A stretch of 64,000 nucleotides of DNA, from assembly GCA_037444665.1 (NCBI GenBank), contig JBBILZ010000004.1, forward strand, positions 11,746 to 75,745. The letters run 5' to 3'. This DNA is from a candidate division WOR-3 bacterium (GTDB taxonomy: Bacteria; Hydrothermota; Tepidihabitantia; SM23-42; JAOAFX01). Numbering within the stretch: the first letter of the stretch is position 1; every line of letters begins with the position of its first letter. A program made the position numbers and the translations under genes. A model generated the notes under the pieces. The model had not been told where the DNA came from, did no database searches, and worked only from the letters and a program-made list of their open reading frames with translations. Positions 1 through 11,639 of the stretch are shown here, in pieces.

Positions 1-759
1 AACAAATATCACATTCTCTTTAATGTGGTCCTCAATATAACGACGATAATAGTGTTCTAAAAATCCTTCTCCTACTATAACTAATTTTGCATCGGGAAAA
101 TGCTTGACCACCTCAGGGAAAGCCATTAAAAGATATTTTAAGCCTTTGCGTGGTTCAAATCTGCCAACAAAAAGAATCTTCGGAGAATATTTCTTCAGTT
201 CCTCAACTTCAGGCACATCAGGATGGAATCTTTGGGTATCAATGCCATTTGGTATAATGCGGTATTCACCAATGGGGAAATACTTTAAGACACAATCACG
301 TGCAACTGTAGATACCGCAATCATCCCATCAATCCTGCGGAAATACTGTTCAAGCACAGGTTCCCACAGAACGTAACCAAAACTATCTTCATAGGCAGAA
401 TGAAAAGTGACAAAATTTTTTGCCTTTGAATACTTTATTGCCAGATAAGGGAGCACTGGTGCAAGCGCACCATGCAGATGAATGATATCAAATTTCTCTG
501 CTTCAAGGAAATGGCGCACCTGCCACGGTAAAGTTAGACCAAAACTCATTACTGAAAATGAACGATTCTTTGGAAATTTGATTGCCCTGCCCATGCGTAT
601 AATTCTCTCATCCACATAAGGATAATTTTTACCAAATGATGGTGCAAGAATCTTCGTTTGATGACCCATCCGGTTCAAGTTTTTCCAGAGATGTAGTATG
701 TGTTCTGAAATTCCTCCAGTGTGGGGATAAAAAATATCAGAAACAAGTAGTATCTTCAA
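1..759 (-). CDS. Glycosyltransferase family 4 (GT-B fold), partial. The N-terminus lies in the window and the C-terminus runs past position 1.
   Basis: The reverse-complement translation begins [21 protein letters not shown] from a TTG start at about 757-759. It continues through the EX7E-like region ([11 protein letters not shown]...VIVGEGFLE). No ATG start is present, so it is missing from the ORF track. Confidence 0.6.
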   Translation of the reverse strand, partial: MKILLVSDIFYPHTGGISEHILHLWKNLNRMGHQTKILAPSFGKNYPYVDERIIRMGRAIKFPKNRSFSVMSFGLTLPWQVRHFLEAEKFDIIHLHGALAPVLPYLAIKYSKAKNFVTFHSAYEDSFGYVLWEPVLEQYFRRIDGMIAVSTVARDCVLKYFPIGEYRIIPNGIDTQRFHPDVPEVEELKKYSPKILFVGRFEPRKGLKYLLMAFPEVVKHFPDAKLVIVGEGFLEHYYRRYIEDHIKENVIFV

Positions 760-1181
760 TCAACACCTCCAGTATGACCAAAACCGCCACCACCTCGTGC
801 GGTTTTGTTCAAGTGTGCAACCTTTTTAAAACTAACTTTTACAACACGACTGAAGACCATCTGAGCAATTCTATCACCCCTTTTTATACGCACACAATTT
901 TTCCCATAATTGAATAAAATTACTTTTATCTCACCACGATAATCAGCATCTATTGTGCCTGGTGCATTCAGTATACCAATGCCATACTTTGATGCTAAAC
1001 CACTACGCGGTCTGACCTGTGCCTCATATCCTTCTGGTAATTCAATACTGATTCCGGTAGGCACCATACAAAATTCATTCGGCTTTAATGTGATTGTTTT
1101 TTCTATATCTGCACAAAGGTCGCAGCCTGCTGAATGCGGAGTCTGATACTCAGGAATAAAAGTCCCTTTTATTTTAACCAT
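756..1181 (-). CDS. dut: dUTP diphosphatase (dUTPase)
   Basis: ORF 756..1277 carries the dUTPase motifs ([20 protein letters not shown]). The likely true start is the internal MVKIKG at about 1181. Confidence 0.8.
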   Translation of the reverse strand: MVKIKGTFIPEYQTPHSAGCDLCADIEKTITLKPNEFCMVPTGISIELPEGYEAQVRPRSGLASKYGIGILNAPGTIDADYRGEIKVILFNYGKNCVRIKRGDRIAQMVFSRVVKVSFKKVAHLNKTARGGGGFGHTGGVD

Positions 1182-1243
1182 CAATTTTTCAGCTTTTCTA
1201 TTTTCAGATATTTTGGATTTCCGAAGTTTAGACATCTTTATCT

Positions 1244-2089
1244 TCACTCCATCCATTCCGGATGAAAAACGAACCACTGGTCAGGGTACTGACCAATAAT
1301 GGATTCAAACCTTTTTATTATATGGGTATTAAATTCGTCTTCGCTTTTAAATATATTGACTGATTCAATAACGCCCAAATAACGTTTGTCATAACCTTTC
1401 TTATTTAAAAGAACCATATAGCCAATGACCACAGGTATCTTCCTCTTCACAATGATTCCTGCCAGATTTATGGGAAAACTCCTTTTTCCTGAAAAAAAAT
1501 TCATCACGGTTCCCTGTTTTGTTATATCTCGGTCTGCAAGTACTGCAAGCACCCGATTATTTTTGATTGTATCAAGAATAGCATAACTTGACCGAGAGAC
1601 CGGAAATGTTCTTAATCCAGTTGCCTCCCTGTGTTTTGTATATAACTCAAACATTTCATGCTCAGTTTCTTCAACCAGCGCATTTATCGGATAGCCACAT
1701 GCAGCAAGATAACTTCCAGCATAATCCCAATTACCAATGTGCAGGGTAATTAAAATACAACCATTTCCATATTTCAATGCAGTATCCAGATTTTCTAATC
1801 CCCGGGCAACAACATCTTTTATAACCTCAGTTTTTCTTAAAAATCCCAACCGGAAAAAATCAATCATACACCGAGCAAAATTCTCAAATGTGCGGCGGCA
1901 AAGATAAGAGTGCATTTCCTGATGTCCTGGGATAATATAATAAAGATTTCGCAGGATATAACCTCTTTTCTTTTTAAGAAAAAAATAACATAGACCACCG
2001 ATAATGCGCGCAATCCTGTCCGTCACACTGAACGGAAGTATCTTCACCAATGCTATTCCGCATTTTTGTAATTTAACCGCAATATTCAC
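1244..2089 (-). CDS. Lysophospholipid/lipid A-type acyltransferase (LpxL/HtrB-like LPLAT family)
   Basis: The 281-aa ORF has an N-terminal hydrophobic segment and an LPLAT-like core. It sits in an operon with a GT4 gene and dut. Confidence 0.55.
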   Translation of the reverse strand: MNIAVKLQKCGIALVKILPFSVTDRIARIIGGLCYFFLKKKRGYILRNLYYIIPGHQEMHSYLCRRTFENFARCMIDFFRLGFLRKTEVIKDVVARGLENLDTALKYGNGCILITLHIGNWDYAGSYLAACGYPINALVEETEHEMFELYTKHREATGLRTFPVSRSSYAILDTIKNNRVLAVLADRDITKQGTVMNFFSGKRSFPINLAGIIVKRKIPVVIGYMVLLNKKGYDKRYLGVIESVNIFKSEDEFNTHIIKRFESIIGQYPDQWFVFHPEWME

Positions 2090-2101
2090 TACGTAAATTT
2101 T

Positions 2102-3310
2102 TTAATCTTTATATTGTTCTAACGCGATTGCAAGCACAGAGATAGCTTTTCTGATATCTTCTTCCTTAAGCACATAAGCAATTCTTATCTGATTTTTGCC
2201 TTTTTTTAATGTAGAATAAAAACCATTTGCAGGTGCAAGCATAACAGTGCTATTTTCGTAGCTGAAATCGGTCAAGAGCCACTGACAGAAACGGTCAGCA
2301 TCCTTTACCGGTAAACTCAGCACAGTATAAAACGCACCCTCTGGCCTATTGCCATAAACCTCAGGAATCTTTTTTAAACATTCAAATAGAACATTACGCC
2401 GATGCTCATATTCTTTAATCATCGGCGTAATATATTTGTTAATATGCTTATATGCTGCAATAGCGCCAACCTGTTCAAGAGTAGGAGGGCACAATCTTGC
2501 TTGACAGAATCTTATTAGCGCATCCATAAGCTCTTTATTACGACTGATGATACAACCTACCCGTGCACCACAGGCGGAAAATCTTTTTGATATTGAATCC
2601 ATTAGAATTATGCGGTCTTCTATCTCGGGTAAGGATAGAGCACTGATATGGGTTTTGCCATCATAGATAAATTCACGGTATACCTCATCAGATAGAATAA
2701 AAAGATTATACTTTTTAGCAAGTCGCTGCAGGATAAACATCTCTTCTTCAGTAAGCACAGTGCCCGTAGGGTTATTAGGGGTATTGATTAAGACTGCTCT
2801 TGTCCGACTGGTTATTCTTTTTTCTATGTCCGATACCGGGGGAAGATGAAATCCATTTTCAATCTTTGTTTCTATTGCAACCAGTTTTACATTTGACATT
2901 GTTGCCAGACCATTATAATTCGTATAGTATGGCTCAAACACAATGATTTCATCTCTTGGGTCACAAACCACCATCATTGCAAAAATTATCGCTTCACTAC
3001 CGCCAATAGTTATCCAGATATTATCCAGGTCCAGATTAAAACCAAGATTCCGATAATAATCAAGCACAGCAAGCCGCAGGTCAAGAAGTCCACCTGAAGG
3101 ACCGTAGCCAAGAACCTTTTCTCTATATTGTGCAATTGATTCAAAAATTTCTGCTGGTGTTTCTATATCTGGTTGCCCAATATTTAGATGAAAAACCTTT
3201 ACTCCCCTTTTTTTTGCCTCGTCAGCAAATGAAGATAGTTTTCTGATTGGCGAATAGGGCATGCGGTCTGCCCTTTTTGACAGATAATGTCCATTTATGT
3301 TATTTTTATC
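2102..3310 (-). CDS. PLP-dependent aminotransferase class I/II (aspartate/aromatic aminotransferase-like)
   Basis: It carries the SISKRFSACGARVG PLP-lysine motif and a fold-type I layout. The start is probably MDKNNING at about 3310. Confidence 0.75.
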   Translation of the reverse strand, partial: DKNNINGHYLSKRADRMPYSPIRKLSSFADEAKKRGVKVFHLNIGQPDIETPAEIFESIAQYREKVLGYGPSGGLLDLRLAVLDYYRNLGFNLDLDNIWITIGGSEAIIFAMMVVCDPRDEIIVFEPYYTNYNGLATMSNVKLVAIETKIENGFHLPPVSDIEKRITSRTRAVLINTPNNPTGTVLTEEEMFILQRLAKKYNLFILSDEVYREFIYDGKTHISALSLPEIEDRIILMDSISKRFSACGARVGCIISRNKELMDALIRFCQARLCPPTLEQVGAIAAYKHINKYITPMIKEYEHRRNVLFECLKKIPEVYGNRPEGAFYTVLSLPVKDADRFCQWLLTDFSYENSTVMLAPANGFYSTLKKGKNQIRIAYVLKEEDIRKAISVLAIALEQYKD

Positions 3311-3366
3311 CATAATAGAATTATATTCAACAAGGTGCAAAAGTCAATTATTTTGGAAATAGCACC

Positions 3367-3394
3367 TTGACATTCAGAAAAATTTTTGTATAAT
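3367..3394 (+). promoter_or_regulatory. Sigma70-type promoter (TTGACA, 16-nt spacer with TG, TATAAT) upstream of the PAS-GGDEF gene
   Basis: The sequence ttgacattcagaaaaatttttgtataat lies 24 nt upstream of the ATG at 3418. Confidence 0.5.
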
Positions 3395-3417
3395 TTACTA
3401 AAAAAATAATTGCAAAT

Positions 3418-4788
3418 ATGAAAAACAAGAAATCCATTAATTTTCTGCCGGCAAAATTTTTGGATAAAATTGATAAATTGAAGAATAGAATTGATGAACT
3501 CCAGAATGCGCTGAGCCGGTATCAAGAAATAAACAAGGCGGTTTTTGAACATTCGCCTGTAGGAATTACAATTCGGCGTGGCACTGGAGAACTGGTCTCA
3601 TTTAATAAATCCTGGAAGAAAATATGGAATTTAACATATCGGCAAATTGTTGAAAATGAAAGAGAATGCAGAAACTGGAAGGTCCACCAGCGCTATCCTT
3701 TTCTTAAAGATGCGATTCCCGCGGTTCAGAATATTTTTGATAAAGGTGGAGAAATATTTTTACCTGAAATACATGTTGTTGACCAGAATACAAATTTTGA
3801 CAAGTGGATTTCCCAGCATTACTACGCAATTAAAAATATTCAAGGTAAGGTAGAACATGTTGTAACCATTACTCAGGATATAACTGAACAAAAACATACA
3901 CTTAGTGCACTCCAGGAGAGTGAAGAAAAATTTAGAACGATTGTTAACAATGTAAACCTTGGGGTTTACCGTTCTACTGGTGCATCCCCAGGACATTTTT
4001 TGCAAGTTAATCCAGCATTTGCCCGAATGTTTGGTTATAATTCAATCAAAAAATTGTTAAGGGCACCCGTAGAAAAATTCTATAAAAATCCCCGGGAGCG
4101 TATCCAGTTTCTCAGAGATGTTTCTATTAATGGAGAAGTACAAAATAGAAAAATAGAGTTAAAACGATGTGACGGCTCTGTATTCTGGGCGTCCATATAT
4201 GCCAAGGCACATTTTGATGAAAATGGCACTCTTAAATGGATAGATGGTGTGATTGAAGATATTACTGAACAAAAAATTATGGAAGAAAGACTGCACGCCC
4301 TTTCATTAACTGATGAACTCACCGGACTCTATAACCGTAGGGGATTTTTGACCCTTGCTGAACATCAATTAAAGATTGCTCATCGCACAAAAAAATCTAT
4401 CCTTTTACTTTTTATGGATATGGATAATCTTAAAGATATCAATGACGAATTCGGTCACACAATGGGTGACCAGGCATTGATTAACACAACAAAAATTCTC
4501 AAAAAGGCATTCAGAGAATCTGATATCATTGCCCGTATTGGCGGAGATGAATTTGTCGTCCTGACCCTGGAGATTAAAAAAACAAGTGGTAGTGCATTTT
4601 ATGACCGTCTGAAACAAAACCTTGATAAATTTAATAAAATATCCCATCTTCCTTTTAAAATATCCCTGAGTGTTGGCTGGTCATACTATGAGCCAACAAG
4701 ACCGCGCTCCATCACACTTCTATTAAAACAGGCTGACCGTATGATGTATTTGCATAAGCAGAAAAAGAAAAAAACTAAATTAAAATAA
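3418..4788 (+). CDS. PAS/PAC sensor domains fused to a GGDEF diguanylate cyclase
   Basis: Two PAS-like segments precede LTGLYNRRGF...GGDEFVV, the GGDEF active site. Confidence 0.8.
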   Translation: MKNKKSINFLPAKFLDKIDKLKNRIDELQNALSRYQEINKAVFEHSPVGITIRRGTGELVSFNKSWKKIWNLTYRQIVENERECRNWKVHQRYPFLKDAIPAVQNIFDKGGEIFLPEIHVVDQNTNFDKWISQHYYAIKNIQGKVEHVVTITQDITEQKHTLSALQESEEKFRTIVNNVNLGVYRSTGASPGHFLQVNPAFARMFGYNSIKKLLRAPVEKFYKNPRERIQFLRDVSINGEVQNRKIELKRCDGSVFWASIYAKAHFDENGTLKWIDGVIEDITEQKIMEERLHALSLTDELTGLYNRRGFLTLAEHQLKIAHRTKKSILLLFMDMDNLKDINDEFGHTMGDQALINTTKILKKAFRESDIIARIGGDEFVVLTLEIKKTSGSAFYDRLKQNLDKFNKISHLPFKISLSVGWSYYEPTRPRSITLLLKQADRMMYLHKQKKKKTKLK

Positions 4789-4828
4789 ATGACCTGGAAA
4801 ATTTTTTTAAATAAAAAAGGAGGTAATA

Positions 4829-7029
4829 TGAATTTATTTGCAGGGCTCTTTTTAATAACAGCAATAGGATTTTCCAGTCCATTAAAAATGGTAAGAAACT
4901 TACAAAAATATTATTTTAAACACGAGTATGTGCATTCTGCAGTAAAATCAGAGAGTCCATGGAACTGGAATCTTATTGATCTGCCCGGTGGCGAAATTTT
5001 GGGTACATTCAGCCATCCCGGTGCAACAAATTTAGCATTTGCATATTCATTCCGTGATGTATGGCGCACAACCGATGGTGGTGCAAACTGGGAACTATCC
5101 TTAGAAAATTGTATGCCACAAGGCGGTATTATGTCCACTCCAACACGCGGCATGGTTGTTGATGGTGGTGGTGTTATCTGGGTCACACTAAATGGTGGTA
5201 GTGATTGGGCAGAAGTTTTATATACAAACAACTTCCAAACTGCGAGTTTTGATATCCCTGACACTGTAATCTATCTTGTGGATAGCACTCCACCAAGGCT
5301 TCTACGAAGCACAAATTCAGGCCTATCCTGGCAAATCCTTGGCACCTTTGATAATCTTTATAGTGTGGACCAGGTCGTCCACATTCCAAGTTCACCAAAT
5401 GTATTCTGGCTTTTGGGTCACACAATACCTAATGATACCCTCACATATATATATTATTCACCTGCCAGTGCATTTGTTGATACAATTTCTGCCGGTGAAG
5501 TTCTTGATTTCCAGCCCAATCCTTATAATCCTAACCACACACTTATTGCTACGTATAATGGAATGTATCAGGCATTATCTCCCACTGGGCCATGGGCAAT
5601 GTTAAATGAACCGCTGGTATTTGGACTGTTCCAGCCTGTAGATATTGAATTTACAGGCAATGATTCAATTGTGGTCACAAGTTTTCTCAATCCAGGAATT
5701 TTCAAAGGACAGAGACAATATAATGTGTGGTTGTTCTCTTATGTAGAATCGCGTGAGATTGCCACTTATATGAGCTTTGGTGGAACCACCACACTTTATG
5801 CCGGATGCCTGGGTAAGGGAGTATATAAATCTACAAACGATGGTGCATCCTGGACGCTCCAGCGAAATAACCTTTATGCCCATACACTTATCAGTCCAGG
5901 TAGCGTGAGTTATCCTTCTGTTGATACTATCTTTTATTGTATTGGACTTGGCGGAATTATCTATCGTATCAGAAATCTTGGTTCTTCCTATGATACACTG
6001 AAGAATTTTTTGATAATGGGTTCTGCTATTGAATCTGCTCCAACCAATCCCAATTTTCTTATTGCCTCCTGCACTGATTTACAGATTTCTGGAACGACGT
6101 TCAGTATGGGCACAATATTCACATCCACTGATGGCGGAGCAAACTGGACAAAGGTTGATTCTAACTATTTACCCACCGACTTTCTAATCACCAGCAACCC
6201 CAACATCATTATTGGGCTCTGCGATACATTTCTTATCCGTTCCACGACCGGTGGCACCAATTTCACACCGGTCTTTGCAAAACCTGTAACGCTCTCTAAC
6301 CTTGCTGGTCTTGATACAATTTTTATTGCGACAGAAGATTCAGTCTTTGTCAGTTATAATCAAGGTGCAACCTGGCAGTTTCTTACCATTGATCCGGGTG
6401 GAGATTATACAGATGAAATTTCTTACGATAATACCCGCAAGATTCTATATCTGACAGATGTCCCAATTTACCGATACAATCTGTTGAGCGGTGTTTTAGA
6501 TAGTATAATGTTCAATGGGTATACCAATTTTGTAACTGATGTAGCACCAAATGGCTATCTATATTTCCTTTATCATGGTGGTGATACTGCTTACATTGCC
6601 CGTTCCTTTGATGCCGGGAATACGATTGAACAAGAACCATTTCCCATCCCCCATCAATTTGGTGGTTTACTTGCTTGCGATGGAGCACTATTCTATTATG
6701 AAGGAGCAAGAAGATTCTGGGTAAGTACAGATATTACCCACCATATTGATGAACTACAAAAGAATAAACCTGATGCGCTTTTTCCCATCTCAACAATCAT
6801 CAAAAAAGGAGCAAATATCAAAATAAAAACAGAGTCCACACAATGGCGAAACTATTCAATCAAATTCTATGACATTTCAGGACGGCTTGCAAAAGATGTT
6901 AATCCAGAAGAAATATTATGGGGGACTGACTACCTTGAATTCAGCACAGATGGTCTTAGAACAGGTGTCTACTTTTTGATGTTTAACAATCAACAAACGG
7001 CAGGCATAAAAAAATTGATTATATATTAA
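4829..7029 (+). CDS. Secreted BNR/Asp-box (sialidase-like beta-propeller) repeat protein with a T9SS C-terminal sorting domain
   Basis: It has repeated TDGGANW / STDGGANWT / STTGGTNF Asp-box motifs. The RBS is aaaggagg, with an ATG at 4829 and a signal peptide. The C-terminal roughly 80 aa resemble a Por/T9SS CTD (...GVYFLMFNNQQTAGIKKLIIY). Confidence 0.6.
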
Positions 7030-7081
7030 AACAGCCTTGTAGTATATAAGCACAAACGGAATATTAAAGCAACTGCTGTTA

Positions 7082-7109
7082 TTGACTTTACCAATAGAAT
7101 AAATATAAT
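7082..7109 (+). promoter_or_regulatory. Sigma70-like promoter (TTGACT, 16-nt spacer, TATAAT) upstream of the epimerase gene
   Basis: Sequence ttgactttaccaatagaataaatataat. Confidence 0.4.
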
Positions 7110-7114
7110 TCTTT

Positions 7115-8032
7115 ATGAAAATTCTTGTTACTGGTGGTGCAGGATTTATCGGTTCCCATATTGTAGATGCATATATTAAACAGGGGCATAGTGTTGTAAT
7201 CATTGATGACCTTTCAACCGGAGATATCAAAAATGTAAATCCAGATGCAACCTTTATTAAAGATGATATAAAAAATCCAGAACTGGAGCAGGTGTTTCGC
7301 AAATTTGAGTTTGATGTGGTAAATCATCATGCTGCACAGATCAATGTGCGCCGTTCTCTTGATGACCCACTTTTTGACGCAGAAGTCAACATAATTGGCT
7401 CATTGAATCTCCTTAATCTTTCAGCAAAGTACAGGGTAAAAAAATTTATCTTTTCCTCAAGCGGAGGTGCAATCTATGGTGAGCCTGATAATTACCCTAT
7501 TACGGAAGATTTTCCAATTGAACCACTTTCTCCATATGGCGTTGCTAAATTTACTGTTGAGAATTATATTAAAGTTTTTGCGAAATTATACAACTTTGAT
7601 TATGTTATTCTCCGCTACAGCAATGTTTATGGCCCAAGGCAGATTTCTAAAAGTGAAGCAGGCGTGATATCCATCTTTATCAATCAGATACTTGAAAATA
7701 AAGAGTGTTTTGTTAACGGTGATGGCGAACAAACAAGGGATTATGTATATGTGGGTGATGTAGTTAGAGCAAATTTGCTTGCTTTAGATGCCCAATCAGA
7801 TTTTTTCAATATTGGTACCGGCATTGAAACGAGTGTTAATAAACTCCTTGATGTGTTGTCCAAAATACTAAATAGAGAAATACCCCACCAACACCGTGCA
7901 CCTATTCCAGGGGAAGTTTTAAAAAATGTCCTGAGCTTCTCCAAGGCAAAAAATATTCTCGGCTGGGCACCAGAAGTTCCTTTAATAAAAGGCATTGAAC
8001 TGACTTATCAATTTTTTAATAATGAAAAATAA
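7115..8032 (+). CDS. NAD-dependent epimerase/dehydratase (UDP-sugar 4-epimerase GalE-like SDR)
   Basis: It starts MKILVTGGAGFIGSH and carries the YxxxK catalytic region. Confidence 0.75.
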   Translation: MKILVTGGAGFIGSHIVDAYIKQGHSVVIIDDLSTGDIKNVNPDATFIKDDIKNPELEQVFRKFEFDVVNHHAAQINVRRSLDDPLFDAEVNIIGSLNLLNLSAKYRVKKFIFSSSGGAIYGEPDNYPITEDFPIEPLSPYGVAKFTVENYIKVFAKLYNFDYVILRYSNVYGPRQISKSEAGVISIFINQILENKECFVNGDGEQTRDYVYVGDVVRANLLALDAQSDFFNIGTGIETSVNKLLDVLSKILNREIPHQHRAPIPGEVLKNVLSFSKAKNILGWAPEVPLIKGIELTYQFFNNEK

Positions 8033-8912
8033 GGCAAGGTATCTTGACCATAAGGTCATTGCCCGTTTAGCCAGGCTTGACCTCAAGGCAAGACTTGTTG
8101 TTGAAGGATTTTTAACCGGACTACACCATAGCCCTTATAAAGGTTTCTCTCAGGAATTTACTGATTACCGTCCCTATATTCCGGGTGATGAATTAAAGTG
8201 CATTGACTGGAAAGTTTACGCACGACGCGATCGCTTTTATATAAAAGAATATCAGGAAGAAACCAATCTGCGCGCCTATATCCTTCTTGACAAAAGTGGC
8301 TCAATGGGCTATGGGAAAAACATTACTAAACTTGAATACGCAAAATTTTTGAGTGCCTGCCTTGCCTATTTATTGTTCAAACAAAGGGATGGTGTGGGAA
8401 TAATGACATTTGACACAAAAATAAATGATTTCATACCACCGTCAGCAAAAAAAATTAATTTCACAAGGATTATTGAAGCAATTGACCATATAACCCCCGG
8501 CAGGGAAACATCACTTGCTCAGGTTTTGTTTGAACTCGGACAAAAGATAAAACGTAGGGCACTTGTAATACTTATTTCTGATTTATTTGATGAACCGGCT
8601 CTGGTTTTGAAATCGCTCAAATCTTTCCATGCCCGTAAACATGAAATCGTCGTGTTCCAGATAATTGATGCGCAAGAATTATCATTTCCATTTATTGAAA
8701 CAGCACTCTTCCAGGATATGGAAACAAATGAGCATATTGTGCTTGACCCCATTGCAATCCGCAATGCCTATCAGAAAAAATTTAAAGATTTTTTAAATAA
8801 TTACCGACGCAACCTGAATGAAGCCCGGATTGATTATGAATTAATAAACACCGAACAAACATTTGAAAGGGCATTGTTTACATATTTAGAGAAAAGAGCA
8901 AAGTTGTTATGA
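8022..8912 (+). CDS. DUF58 domain protein (vWA-like; normally the MoxR partner)
   Basis: It carries the DUF58 signature (GxHxSxxKGxSxEFxxxRxYxxGD...IDWK). Confidence 0.7.
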   Translation: MKNKARYLDHKVIARLARLDLKARLVVEGFLTGLHHSPYKGFSQEFTDYRPYIPGDELKCIDWKVYARRDRFYIKEYQEETNLRAYILLDKSGSMGYGKNITKLEYAKFLSACLAYLLFKQRDGVGIMTFDTKINDFIPPSAKKINFTRIIEAIDHITPGRETSLAQVLFELGQKIKRRALVILISDLFDEPALVLKSLKSFHARKHEIVVFQIIDAQELSFPFIETALFQDMETNEHIVLDPIAIRNAYQKKFKDFLNNYRRNLNEARIDYELINTEQTFERALFTYLEKRAKLL

Positions 8913-10723
8913 AATTTTTAAATCCAGACTATCTTCTGGGGCTCCTTCTTATTGCAGTTCCCATTATTATCCACCTCTATTATAAAAAAAGATTGAAAAA
9001 AATTCTCTTCTCCTCACTAATGTTTTTAAAAAGTGCTGAAGCAACACGTTTGCGATGGTATAAATTAAAAGAAATCCTGATATTGATTATGCGTTGTCTA
9101 ATCATTGCGGGAATGTTTTTCGCACTTGCCCGTCCACAATATACAGGAAAACTATTCGCAAAAAATCGCCTTGCTGCGGTAAGTGTAATTATTGATAATT
9201 CAATCAGTATGAACTATAATGATAATTTTACAAATGCGCTGAAAAAGGCTGAGCAGGTGATTTCTAACTATTCACCCAAAAGTATATTTTATGTTACGCC
9301 GTTGTGTGAACAAAAAAATTTTAAACCATTCTGGAGCAATAAACATAGTGCCCTGGAAAATTTAAAAAAGATAAAATTATCGTATCTATCTTGCCCTTTG
9401 AAAGATTTGATAAATAATTTAAAAAATGAAAATACAGCATTGCCGAAAGAGTATATCTATATCGGCGATGGACAGAAGATAAATTTTAAGGATATGGAAC
9501 CAACAAAAGATTTATACTGGTTAAAAATTCCTATGGGTAGCGAGAATATTGCGATTGAAGATGTCTCTGTGAAAGACCCATTTCAGGTGCCAAAGGATTA
9601 TTATGAATTGAAAGTAAATATAAAAAATTATTCAAAGCGTGTATATCGCGGTAATGTTCAGCTTATCGTAGACAATTACATAAAACAGAATGTGTGTGAA
9701 ATTTCACCAGGGCAGAATCTTATCACCACATTTGCTCTTCCTGTAACTATTAAAAAGGGTGTGATACAACTGGATAAAGATAGCCTGGACATAGACAATC
9801 AATATTTTTTTTCAAAATCCCTGATGACAGACATTAAAGTTCTCATCGTGGGAAGCGATGCCTATATTAGAACCGGCCTATCACCTTCAAATAGTATCAG
9901 TACACCATTCCAGATTGAAAATGCCAGTACCATAAAAAAAACAGATTTACGCCCATTTCAAATTATCATTTTGAATGGTATTGAAGAACTCACCGAATTT
10001 GAAATAATAAAATTAAACAATTTTCTTTCCCAGCAAGCAAATGGATTAATTATTTTTTTAGGACCAAAGATTGGCGCGAATTTTAAAAATTTCCTTGCTG
10101 TGTTCGGAACAATTGAGGGACAGATTGATGTTGAAGGTTATTTAAATATCAAATGGATTGATACTGAATATGAACCCTTTCGTATTTTTGCTGATAATCC
10201 CGGTATCAATCTTATCAAGTTCTTTAAGTCATACAGGATTATCCCCAGGGCACAGGTGCTGGCAAAATTGAGTAATGGTATACCCCTGATTCTTTATCAC
10301 AATAATATAATGCTTATTACCTCACAGTTCAATGAAGCCAGTACTGATATTATTTATAATCCAAATTTTATACCATTATTACACTCACTCATTTATGGGC
10401 TAACCAATAAATACACAGATAATGAATTCCGGACTGGAGATAAATTTCCGCGACAGGTAAAAATCAAATCTCCAGATGGCGAAGTTTTAAGTGAAAATAT
10501 TTTTTTTAAACCTGGATTTTATGCGGTCGAGAAGGAGACTGTAGGTGTGAACATAGACCATCTGGAGAGCAATCCCCAAATACTCAGTCCAGAAATGGCA
10601 AATGAATTGGGAATTAAAATCATCACCCCTGAATCACTGCAGGGTTTTTCAGATTTAACCAACATATTTTTATTAATTGCCTTCTGTGCCCTGATATGTG
10701 AATTAATTCTTATGTTATTATAA
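8909..10723 (+). CDS. BatA-like membrane protein with the N-terminal double-transmembrane (aerotolerance-regulator N-terminal) domain
   Basis: It starts LLGLLLIAVPIIIHLYYKKR, followed by a large extracytoplasmic region and a C-terminal TM helix. It is translationally coupled to the DUF58 gene. Confidence 0.5.
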   Translation: MKFLNPDYLLGLLLIAVPIIIHLYYKKRLKKILFSSLMFLKSAEATRLRWYKLKEILILIMRCLIIAGMFFALARPQYTGKLFAKNRLAAVSVIIDNSISMNYNDNFTNALKKAEQVISNYSPKSIFYVTPLCEQKNFKPFWSNKHSALENLKKIKLSYLSCPLKDLINNLKNENTALPKEYIYIGDGQKINFKDMEPTKDLYWLKIPMGSENIAIEDVSVKDPFQVPKDYYELKVNIKNYSKRVYRGNVQLIVDNYIKQNVCEISPGQNLITTFALPVTIKKGVIQLDKDSLDIDNQYFFSKSLMTDIKVLIVGSDAYIRTGLSPSNSISTPFQIENASTIKKTDLRPFQIIILNGIEELTEFEIIKLNNFLSQQANGLIIFLGPKIGANFKNFLAVFGTIEGQIDVEGYLNIKWIDTEYEPFRIFADNPGINLIKFFKSYRIIPRAQVLAKLSNGIPLILYHNNIMLITSQFNEASTDIIYNPNFIPLLHSLIYGLTNKYTDNEFRTGDKFPRQVKIKSPDGEVLSENIFFKPGFYAVEKETVGVNIDHLESNPQILSPEMANELGIKIITPESLQGFSDLTNIFLLIAFCALICELILMLL

Positions 10724-10724
10724 A

Positions 10725-11639
10725 TCAATAAACCAGCACCTTTGATCGCTGTGGCTGGTAATATACCACCATAAAAAAATCGGGTAAAGTGATCTCCGGC
10801 GTAAGGTAATATTCACCTGAAACGAGGTCTGTGGTCTTAACACGAACTATGATCATGGCTTTTGTAATACTACTAATACGATTCTTTGCACCACTGACAA
10901 TTATTGTATCAATATAAGGGTCAAATACTTTTACAAATTGCCCTGAATTCTTTACAACATTCACGGGAATCCCGGTAAATAAACGCTGCCCCGTTGTATC
11001 AATTATCACCTTAACTAAAATATTATCTTTAGAAAATTTTACGAACTCGGAAACTGATTCAATTTTCAATTTCTTTTCAAAAGTAGCAGATTGATTTTTG
11101 ACATCCAGTGATTCAGTATTGACCAAATTCAGACCTTGTAAAATTTTTTTCGGTCCGGTCGCAGATAAGGTATCAAGAACTTCAATTGTAGAAATTGAAT
11201 AGCCATTTTTCAAACTCCCCCTGATTGGAATCAATGGTTTGATTATCTTACTCATCTTTTCATCAACTTCTATATTTATATATTTAACTTCATAATCTAC
11301 TAAGATATCCTTCACCGGAATCTCAAAGTTTTTTGTAGAAATAACATTCTTACCAGGCACGACATCGGCAAGGTCACACATAGCCTTGGGCGGAGATAGC
11401 CAGAGCCCCAAAAGCGCCTTTCCTTTACCATTGAATTTTACTTTAATCCTATCAATCAAATTTGTAGCAATATAGGCATCCGGCAGATTAGTAAAAATCA
11501 CCTTGATTTCTTTTTCGTAGCTATATGTTCCTTCAATTACAACAAAGAGCCAGAGCCCAAACGCAAATATTACCGCCAGAATCTTGCGTGCAGGTTCAAC
11601 AGTGAAAAAATTTAAGATGGCTCTTAGAATTTTGAGCAT
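10725..11639 (-). CDS. YbbR-like (CdaR-type) repeat domain protein
   Basis: It has an N-terminal TM helix followed by repeated beta-rich YbbR-like modules. The assignment is tentative. Confidence 0.35.
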   Translation of the reverse strand: MLKILRAILNFFTVEPARKILAVIFAFGLWLFVVIEGTYSYEKEIKVIFTNLPDAYIATNLIDRIKVKFNGKGKALLGLWLSPPKAMCDLADVVPGKNVISTKNFEIPVKDILVDYEVKYINIEVDEKMSKIIKPLIPIRGSLKNGYSISTIEVLDTLSATGPKKILQGLNLVNTESLDVKNQSATFEKKLKIESVSEFVKFSKDNILVKVIIDTTGQRLFTGIPVNVVKNSGQFVKVFDPYIDTIIVSGAKNRISSITKAMIIVRVKTTDLVSGEYYLTPEITLPDFFMVVYYQPQRSKVLVY

